Positions 17,148 to 23,863 of a DNA stretch of 32,000 nt are shown here, in pieces (the first letter of the stretch is position 1; every line of letters begins with the position of its first letter). This stretch comes from Micromonas sp. (lineage: Eukaryota), in NCBI GenBank assembly GCA_000090985.2, contig CP001577.1, forward strand, positions 868,925-900,924, in the 5' to 3' direction. Both the position numbers and the translations under genes were made by a program. The notes beneath the pieces were generated by a model, which saw nothing but the letters and a program-made list of their open reading frames with translations, did not search any database and was not told the origin of the DNA.

Positions 17148-17640
17148 AGTCTCTTTGGGGTTGGTTTTGACGTGATATGTTGATTCGTCGATTGAGTAGT
17201 AGCTAGCTAACGTTGACTACCTACTGTCAATAGAAGAAACCATCAAACTTTGGGAAGTGATAAAGCACATGATGTTGTACGTGATGGACCTCCGACCAGC
17301 GCCGGGTGACGACTGGCGTGTGGTGTGAGTTCCAGCGAATGCGCTCGCCGTTTGGTAATATACGCGGCGATGTGATGCGAAATCCGTCAGCAGCCGGGAA
17401 TTTGAGCGTTTTGTTTTTGTCTGCTTTTGGGTGGTGTGGTACAGGATGGGTGTGAGACGCGGCGCGACCGACGGGGGCGTCGTACGCCTCCGCCGGAACG
17501 CCGGCCGTCGGGTGGTGTGGATGATGATGATGTGGCGCCCATCTATCGCCTCGCTCTCCCTCGAAAATATGTTCTCTCATGGTATTTTGGGAATGAATCC
17601 TTCGGGTCTTGATACAGGATACAACGGCGCGGTCGCGGTC

Positions 17641-17720
17641 TCCCGCGTCTTCGCGCGGGACGACGCGAACCGACACAGAGTGAAGTGACGGTTCATGTCG
17701 TTCCGCGCCAAGACGCGGGG
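17641..17720. repeat. Imperfect inverted repeat: arms 17641..17676 and 17685..17720 (about 30/36 matches), 8-nt spacer
   Basis: The two opposing track ORFs start with near-identical peptides (MSVRVVPREDAG / MTVHVVPRQDAG), which exposes the palindrome. It begins 19 nt downstream of the stop of the 17739..17942 gene. Confidence 0.6.
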
Positions 17721-17738
17721 GCCCGGCGTCGCGGGCGC

Positions 17739-17942
17739 TTAGCGGCGCTCGGTGACGGACGCGGCGAATCCACGCGAGGTGGAGGGCTTCTCGACGACGG
17801 AGGGCGCGACCATCTTCGCCTCCTCCTCCGCCATGGCCATGGCCATCATGGAGACTCCGGAGCCGACGGCCACGCCCATGCCGACGAGACCGCCGAGGGA
17901 GATGAGGGAGAGAGCGGTGTAGACGTTCTGGGGGGAAGGCAT
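17739..17942 (-). CDS. 67-aa glycine-zipper single-pass membrane protein (unassigned family)
   Basis: ATG at 17942 and TAA at 17739. There is extreme C-ending codon bias (ctc, tcc, ggc, gtc, gcc), typical of highly expressed genes here. Sequence: MPSPQNVYTALSLISLGGLVGMGVAVGSGVSMMAMAMAEEEAKMVAPSVVEKPSTSRGFAASVTERR. Confidence 0.6.
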   Translation of the reverse strand: MPSPQNVYTALSLISLGGLVGMGVAVGSGVSMMAMAMAEEEAKMVAPSVVEKPSTSRGFAASVTERR

Positions 17943-18100
17943 CGTGCTTTAGTTTGGTGTTGTTTCTGTCGTCGGTTGTGGGATGGAATGGAAATTGGTG
18001 AGTCAGCTGGAACAGCAGGGGAGGAAAAGGGAGGATTGATTTGGTTTTTCCCCGGACGACCGTTCCCGCCGGAGAGCGCGGCGTGGGCGGGCGTTCCGAG

Positions 18101-18108
18101 TATATAAA
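18101..18108. promoter_or_regulatory. TATA-like element TATATAAA
   Basis: It lies about 160 nt upstream of the 17942 ATG when read on the minus strand. Orientation and use are unproven. Confidence 0.3.
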
Positions 18109-18832
18109 CGCGTTCGGACGCCGCGAACCTCGCGACTGGCGACGTCCACGACGGAAACGAGGCGGCGTCGCCCTCCGCGTCGACGATCGTCCGGGCCGAA
18201 CCCGCCCAATCCGAGGGGGGACTCCCCGGATAACCGGGCCCGAAAGAGCTCGGTCGCCGGACGCCGGAGACGCGTCCCGACGCCGCGACGCGAGCGTCCC
18301 CGCGGGCTCGAGCGCTGATGGTCTTGGAGCTCACCTGGTATTGGCGTAGATCCGAGGATCTACTGTGTGCGGGAAAAGGAAGGTGGATGTGTGCGGGGTG
18401 TGACGAGCGCGCCGCGTCGCATCGTGGTTTTATAGTCGAAGAGACGCGGGTGCGGCCCGCAGCCGCCGTTGCCGAGCCCGCCTCTAACTAAAAACCCATA
18501 CGGAAAACACGGAGCTCACCGCGAGAAGATACAGTTCGGGAGCGCTGCGAGCCATTTCTCACCGTCAGCGTCGGTGGCCAAAATCGAATATCGGCCTCTG
18601 ATTGGCTGAAATTCTTTTTTGTCTTGGGAGGCTGGGCAACCGAAACTTGCGAGGAAAATCAGGGTCATACGCATACGGAAACAGTCCTTCACTTTCGTAA
18701 AGTTTATATTCTTTGAAATCCCGTTTCCAGCAATCAGAACGACTGGCCAAGCAATTGGCTGCAGACCATAGCACTCAGCTAAATCCGCGCGGGATAAATG
18801 CCCGTACACTCCTTACTGCAATTGCACGTAAG

Positions 18833-18904
18833 GGCTCGGTAGCACAACGGTAGTGCGTCTGACTCCAGATCAGAAGGTTGTGGGTTCGAATCCCGTCTGG
18901 GTCA
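18833..18904 (+). tRNA. tRNA-Trp (anticodon CCA)
   Basis: The cloverleaf is GGCTCGG TA GCAC AACGGTA GTGC G TCTGA CTCCAGA TCAGA AGGTT GTGGG TTCGAAT CCCGT CTGGGTC A. It is nearly identical in layout to canonical eukaryotic tRNA-Trp. The acceptor stem has several G-U pairs. A T7 run follows. Confidence 0.85.
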
Positions 18905-18908
18905 CAGA

Positions 18909-18918
18909 TTCTTTTTTT
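18909..18918 (+). terminator. Pol III T-run terminator after tRNA-Trp
   Basis: TTCTTTTTTT lies 5 nt after the tRNA 3' end. Confidence 0.7.
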
Positions 18919-19160
18919 GCACTTCTGAGGACACGGGTCGACGCCCCGCGTCGTCAGCTACGTCCTCGCAAAGTTTGGGGTCATTTGGCCGACATCCGAG
19001 GCGGCTACGACGCCCAAGACGTCATCAGGTGCCTGGCTGGGAAAACTTTTAGTTATTTGTCAAACAGTAATTGCGGTTAGATTCGGTAATCGCATTTACC
19101 GTTAGACGCCGGAATCGACCCGATCTCCAGTTCTCCAAGTGATCTCCCACCGAACGCGGT

Positions 19161-19168
19161 GATTGGCT
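19161..19168. promoter_or_regulatory. CCAAT-box (GATTGGCT = AGCCAATC) upstream of the FZL-like gene
   Basis: It lies 79 nt upstream of the ATG at 19247. The same octamer occurs at 18600..18607 and a one-mismatch copy at 18753..18760. Confidence 0.3.
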
Positions 19169-19246
19169 CTCTCATGTCCCTCGCACCGATGGCCCGTCAT
19201 CGCCACTGACATCGCGGCGCCTTCTCGCGGCACACATCAGGGCACC

Positions 19247-22200
19247 ATGCCCACGCAGGGTATGGTCGTCTCGGCGAGCGCCGCGTCCGGGTTCCTTCCC
19301 CGGCGCGCCGCACCCGGCCGACGCGTCACCGCCTCCCCGCGCGCCGTCTTCGACGGATCGGCCGCTTCGACGATGAGGTCTTCGGGCTCGAGATTATCCA
19401 TCCATCGGGCCCGATCGCCGCGCGTATCCGGGGGTACCCCCCGCGGCCGGAGGCTCACCGCGCGCGTGTCCGCCATCGGCAGGTTCTTCGGCGGCGGCGG
19501 CGGCGGCGCGTCCGACGACGACGACGGCAAGGCTGTCTTCGCCGCCAAGTCCCGCCGGCAGGTTCGCATCCCGGGCTTCGTCTTCGCCGTGTCCCCCGCG
19601 GTCGTCAACGGCGAAGACGCGGACGCGCTCGCCGCGCTGGAGGCTGCCGTCGCGTCCGGCGCCACGGCCGTCATCCTCGCCGACGACACCGGCGATGCCA
19701 CCACCAGGGAGCTCTTCAACGCCGCGCTCGCGCTCAAGGAGTCGCTCAGGGGAAGAGCGTCGCTGCTCGTCGCCGACCGTACCGACATCGCCGCATCCGC
19801 CGAGTGCGACGGAGTGGTCCTGTCCGACGACGGCGTCCCCGTCGTCGTCGCGCGCAAGAGCCTGAGCTCGGCGTCGGGAGTCGTCGCGTGCGGGGTCAAG
19901 GACGAGCAGGCGGCGCTCATCGCGGCCAAGGAGGGCGCGGACCTCATCCTCGCCCCGAACGGCAGAGTCGCCGACGCGGTGCGAGGGAAGATCTCGGTAC
20001 CGGTGTTCGCGTCGCCGAGGAACGGGTGGGCGGGGGTGAGCGCGCCGGACGCTATCCAGGCGCTGGTCGACGCGGGTGCGAAGGGAGCGGTGCTGCCCAC
20101 GCCGCCGCCGAGCGTCGACGTCGCGAGGGGTATCACCGCGGCGCTGGCGCCGATCGCGGCGGCGGTGAAAAAGGATTCTGATGATTCCGAGCCCGGCGCG
20201 GCTCCCTCGGCGTCTACCACTCCAACCCCGGTCGGGACCTCGGTTGGGACGACCACCATGGCCGGTAAGATCATCGATCCGACCACGCAGGCCCTGTTGG
20301 AGCGCGAGCGCGTCCTCCTCGACGACGCCGTGGCGTTTCTCGTCGAGTCGACGCCCTCGCTTGAGGAGATCGGGCTTCTTGTGGAGGCCCGGAAAGGTCT
20401 GGAGGAGCTCTTCCTGCTCGTCATCGTCGGCGAGTTCAACGCGGGCAAGTCGTCGGTTATTAACGCGATGCTCGGTCAGAAGGCGCTCAAGGAGGGAATC
20501 CTGCCCACCACGAACGAGATCACCGTGTTGAAGTTTGGGAACGAACCGAGAACCGAGCAGAGCAAAGATGGGTTCTACACGCAGCTCATCCCCGCCGATC
20601 TGCTCCGCGAGGTGAACATCGTGGACACCCCGGGGACGAACGTGATCCTCGAGCGTCAGCAGAGGCTCACCGAGGAGTTCGTGCCGAGGGCGGACCTCGT
20701 GCTCTTCGTCCTGAGCGCCGATAGGCCGATGACCGAGTCGGAGGTTAAGTTTCTGAGCTACATCCGCAAGTGGGGCAAGAAGGTGGCGTTCGTGGTCAAC
20801 AAGTGCGACCGGCTGGAGAACCAGGGCGAGGTGGACGAGGTGAAAGGGTTCGTCGCGGACAACGCCGAGCGGTTGCTCGGCGTGACGGACCCGGCGGTGC
20901 TCCCAGTCTCCGCCAAAGCCGCGCTCGCCGCAAAGGAAAGAGGCGGGAGCGAAACCGACTTTGCGCAACTCGAGGATTACATCCTGAGCTTCCTGGGCGC
21001 CGGGGACAAGAAGGGCAAGAACTCCGGCGAGGGTCTCCGCCTGAAGCTCGGCACGCCGCTCCAGGTGGGCACGATGCTCTTCGGCGCCGCGGAGGAGATC
21101 TTGGCGCAGGAGCGAGCCGAGGCTGTGGAGGAGCTCTCGCAGGCGGAGGGCGTGGACGCGGCTATGGACAAGTACCGCGAGGCGATGGAGGCGGACTTTG
21201 GCGCGCAAGTGCAGGCGGTGCGCACGGCGGTGATGGGCGCGGTGGGCCGGTGCGACGACCTGCTGGACGCCACCCTGCGCCTGACGAACGGCGCGGACCT
21301 GTTCACCACGTACGTCCTGGGCAACGGAGCCAACGGCGCCATCCGAGAACGGTACAAAAAAGAGGTGCTCGGCGACTCCGAGGCTAAACTCCGCGCCGCC
21401 ATCAAGGAGCACACCGGGTGGCTCGCGCGCAACAACGATAACCAGCTCCGCGCGTACGCCGACGCCGTCCGCGCGCGCGGGTTCGATCCGTCCGCGACGG
21501 ATTTGAACCTCTTCGAGCGAGAGGAACGCATCGCAGCAGAGGAAGCGGAGGCCATCGCCGCCGTCCGAGCGGAGGTGGCGGCGAAGCAGACGGCCGCCGC
21601 CGAGGCCGAGGCGAAGGCCGCCGAGGCGAAGGCTGCCGAGGCGAAGGCGAGGGCCGCCGCGAAAGAGGCCGCGGGCGACGACGGGGCCGCCGCGGGTGAC
21701 GGAGCGGATGATTCGAACGATGATTCAAAGGAGAATTCGTCGTCGCTGGCGGATGAACTCGCCGGCCCCGCGCCCGCGCAAACCTCCGCGTCGTCGCTCA
21801 TCACCCGCGCCTCCTCCGATCTCACGTCCCCGGCCACCGTCGCGGCCGGGTTCGACCAGGCGGGCGCCGCGCGGCTGCTCGAGGAGGAGGTCAAGGATGC
21901 CGTGTACTCCACGGTTGGCGCCGCGGGAGCGTCTTTCTTCTTCGCCGTGTTCCTCTCCGGTTTTCTCGATAACTTCGCCGAGGACGTGCTCGCCTTCTCG
22001 CTCACCGCGGCGGTCGGGTACGTCTCCGTGCTGTCGCTGCCGCTGAAGCGCGCGGAGACCAAGGCGAAAGCTCGCGCCGTCGCGGAGAGTTTCTTGGACG
22101 AGGTGGAGGGCGCGATGCGGGCGGAGTTTGAGCGAAAGGTTGGCGCGACGACGGCGCAGGTTCGCGCGACGACGGCGCCGTGGGTCGCGAGCGCGCGAGA

Positions 22201-22291
22201 GGCGGAGGCGGCGGTCGCGGCGAGCCAATCGAGACGGGATCGCATCGCGGAAGACATGGACCAGCTCCAGAGGGACGTGCAGAGCATCTGA
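19247..22291 (+). CDS. FZL: FZL (FZO-like) chloroplast dynamin-family membrane-remodelling GTPase with N-terminal ThiE/TenI-like domain
   Basis: The GTPase motifs are GEFNAGKSSVINAMLG (G1), DTPGTN (G3) and NKCD (G4). Coiled-coil-like regions follow. Two C-terminal TM segments are present (AAGASFFFAVFLSGFL, AFSLTAAVGYVSVLSLPL). The presequence is MPTQGMVVSASAASGFLPRRAAPGRR. Residues around 19560..20100 (ATAVILADDTGDATTRELFNAALALKESLRGRASLLVADRTDIAASAECDGVVLSDDGVP...AKEGADLIL) look like a thiamine-phosphate-synthase/TenI fold. The first ATG is at 19247; the track start is TTG. Confidence 0.85.
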   Translation: MPTQGMVVSASAASGFLPRRAAPGRRVTASPRAVFDGSAASTMRSSGSRLSIHRARSPRVSGGTPRGRRLTARVSAIGRFFGGGGGGASDDDDGKAVFAAKSRRQVRIPGFVFAVSPAVVNGEDADALAALEAAVASGATAVILADDTGDATTRELFNAALALKESLRGRASLLVADRTDIAASAECDGVVLSDDGVPVVVARKSLSSASGVVACGVKDEQAALIAAKEGADLILAPNGRVADAVRGKISVPVFASPRNGWAGVSAPDAIQALVDAGAKGAVLPTPPPSVDVARGITAALAPIAAAVKKDSDDSEPGAAPSASTTPTPVGTSVGTTTMAGKIIDPTTQALLERERVLLDDAVAFLVESTPSLEEIGLLVEARKGLEELFLLVIVGEFNAGKSSVINAMLGQKALKEGILPTTNEITVLKFGNEPRTEQSKDGFYTQLIPADLLREVNIVDTPGTNVILERQQRLTEEFVPRADLVLFVLSADRPMTESEVKFLSYIRKWGKKVAFVVNKCDRLENQGEVDEVKGFVADNAERLLGVTDPAVLPVSAKAALAAKERGGSETDFAQLEDYILSFLGAGDKKGKNSGEGLRLKLGTPLQVGTMLFGAAEEILAQERAEAVEELSQAEGVDAAMDKYREAMEADFGAQVQAVRTAVMGAVGRCDDLLDATLRLTNGADLFTTYVLGNGANGAIRERYKKEVLGDSEAKLRAAIKEHTGWLARNNDNQLRAYADAVRARGFDPSATDLNLFEREERIAAEEAEAIAAVRAEVAAKQTAAAEAEAKAAEAKAAEAKARAAAKEAAGDDGAAAGDGADDSNDDSKENSSSLADELAGPAPAQTSASSLITRASSDLTSPATVAAGFDQAGAARLLEEEVKDAVYSTVGAAGASFFFAVFLSGFLDNFAEDVLAFSLTAAVGYVSVLSLPLKRAETKAKARAVAESFLDEVEGAMRAEFERKVGATTAQVRATTAPWVASAREAEAAVAASQSRRDRIAEDMDQLQRDVQSI
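21605..21649 (+). repeat. Three tandem 15-nt units GCCGAGGCGAAGGCN encoding (AEAKA)3 inside FZL
   Basis: Read directly from the sequence; the units are in frame. Confidence 0.9.
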
Positions 22292-22480
22292 GGCGATCAT
22301 CGCTCGCGGGCTATTTATTTATTATTTATTGGCATCGACCATCAGAGAGGAACCGTTTCTACTGGTCCGCCGTCGCGTTATCGATCCACGACGCAGCCCG
22401 CCGCCTCGAGCGGCATTGTTAACATCGTGTTACTTACAATCTCCTATCGTGCGACACGCCTACGCCGGAAAGTGCTGCAA

Positions 22481-23524
22481 TCACTCGTCCACCGTCACGC
22501 CGTCGTCCATGTTCACATCGCAGCCCGCCGCTTCAAGCTCGCGTATCGCAGCAGGCTCGCTCGTCAGCCGATTGTCGCCGAGGTTCAACCACTCCAGCGA
22601 TGTGAGCTGCCCGATCTCCGCCGGCACGCTCGTCAGCTGATTGTTGTTGAGGATCAACTCCCTCAGCGACGTGAGCTGCCCGATCTCTGCCGGCACGCTC
22701 GTCAGTTGGTTGTCTTCGAGGGACAACCACTGCAGTGATGTGAGCTGCCCGATCTCCGCCGGCACGCTCGTCAGCTCATTGTAGCTGAGGTTCAACCACC
22801 TCAGCGATGTGAGCTGCCCGATCTCCGCCGGCACGCTCGTCAGCTGATTGTGGCTGAGGCTCAACCCCGTCAGCGACGTGAGCTGCCCGATCTCCGCCGG
22901 CACGCTCGTCAGCTCATTGTAGTTGAGGCTCAACTCCCTTAGCGCACTCAGGACCCCAACCTCAGCCGCCACTGCGTCCGTAAGGCCAACGTCTTCCAAC
23001 TCGAGCTCCACGACCCGGCCGTTTTCCATCGTCACCCCGTCCCAGTGCTCCGGTCGCGCAAGATCTGGCCACCTCTCCTGCAGCTCAGGGCACATCGCAC
23101 ACCATATCCGGAGCACCACGACGTCACCCCTGTAGTCGGATGTTCGCGTCCCGTCATCACTAGACGGCTGCAGAAGCTCGCGACTGTCCCACCCGTCGGG
23201 CGTCACGCCCGGGTGCTTGTCCAGCCAAGCCTGAACAATCTGTCTCACCACCCAGTTCGTCATCACCTTCGCGCTGCGCAGGGCGAGACCCGTGAGCGGG
23301 TCCTTTGTCCCGTTGCACCGGAAGTGCGATACGATAGCGCTCCTCTCGTACGTGTGCCCCGAGTCGACCACCACGACCGGATCGCGGAACATGTTTCGCG
23401 TGATGGGGCAGATGAGCACTTCGGGCTCCACAACGAGGTCTGCCTCGGGAGCAGAAAGGTCGCACTGTACACTGACGGTACGCAGGTTTCGCAGAACGTG
23501 TTCCATCTGCGATGAGGTGGACAT
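22481..23524 (-). CDS. U-box E3 ubiquitin ligase fused to C-terminal leucine-rich repeats
   Basis: The U-box reads ICPITRNMFRDPVVVVDSGHTYERSAIVSHFRCNGTKDPLTGLAL...MTNWVVRQIVQAWL. An LRR N-cap-like segment follows (WDGVTMENGRVVELELEDVGL). Then come about 7 units of 23 aa (LTSVPAEIGQLTSLxxLxLxxNQ). The first ATG is at 23524; the track start is GTG at 23590. Confidence 0.85.
   Translation of the reverse strand: MSTSSQMEHVLRNLRTVSVQCDLSAPEADLVVEPEVLICPITRNMFRDPVVVVDSGHTYERSAIVSHFRCNGTKDPLTGLALRSAKVMTNWVVRQIVQAWLDKHPGVTPDGWDSRELLQPSSDDGTRTSDYRGDVVVLRIWCAMCPELQERWPDLARPEHWDGVTMENGRVVELELEDVGLTDAVAAEVGVLSALRELSLNYNELTSVPAEIGQLTSLTGLSLSHNQLTSVPAEIGQLTSLRWLNLSYNELTSVPAEIGQLTSLQWLSLEDNQLTSVPAEIGQLTSLRELILNNNQLTSVPAEIGQLTSLEWLNLGDNRLTSEPAAIRELEAAGCDVNMDDGVTVDE
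22540..22985 (-). repeat. Tandem 69-bp coding repeats (LRR units), core GTGAGCTGCCCGATCTCCGCCGGCACGCTCGTCAG
   Basis: The core recurs with period 69 at 22602, 22671, 22740, 22809 and 22878 on the plus strand, nearly identical each time. The flanking units are degenerate. Confidence 0.9.
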
Positions 23525-23863
23525 TTCGCGCCGCTTGGAGGGTGCCTTCAATCGGACGTCCCGGCTCGCCCCTGGCTGCGCGCTCGGCACTGTGGCAGAG
23601 GTTTCCTCGGAACGTCCGTGCGTTTTTTTTTCGGCTTTAAAGCAAGAAGGTACAAATCAGCTCGGCACCCTCCCTCGGCGTTGCCAAAAAAGCAACGACG
23701 AGCGTCAGCGTCGCGTCACTCTCCTCGCGCTATCGGCACACGCGCGCGAACCTCCCCCACCGCCGCACGCACCCGCGAGACGTAAAGAGCCCCCAGGAGA
23801 GGTCCCTCGTCCGTCCCGCCCCCTTCCAAAGGAAGACCATCCCCCCCCCGCCGCCGCCGTTGC

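Noticed and set aside
17269-17535. Box C/D snoRNA candidates (TGATGA-like boxes at about 17269, 17371 and 17521)
   Set aside because: No appropriately spaced CUGA box D or terminal stem could be found by eye. The ATGATGATGATG run simply encodes or mirrors the His/Met-rich ORFs.
18325-18480. Possible U1 snRNA gene, because plus-strand GCTCACCTGG resembles the U1 5' end and a hairpin follows
   Set aside because: The near-universal ACUUACCUG 5' end is not present. There is no convincing Sm site (AUUUUUG-like) or U1-70K loop. The motif is better explained as the complement of a minus-strand CAG|GTGAGC splice-donor-like site.
18516-18809. 97-aa minus-strand ORF in the low-GC block next to tRNA-Trp
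   Set aside because: It has a GTG start, low GC3 unlike every supported gene here, and no recognisable motif. It ends at a TGA that is part of a GGTGAGCTCC donor-like site. I treat it as non-coding promoter or UTR DNA, discussed in the findings as an unassigned segment.
22540-22985. Regular 69-bp repeat array that could be mistaken for a CRISPR array
   Set aside because: There are no unique spacers. The whole period is one in-frame 23-aa LRR unit inside a continuous ORF, and the context is eukaryotic.
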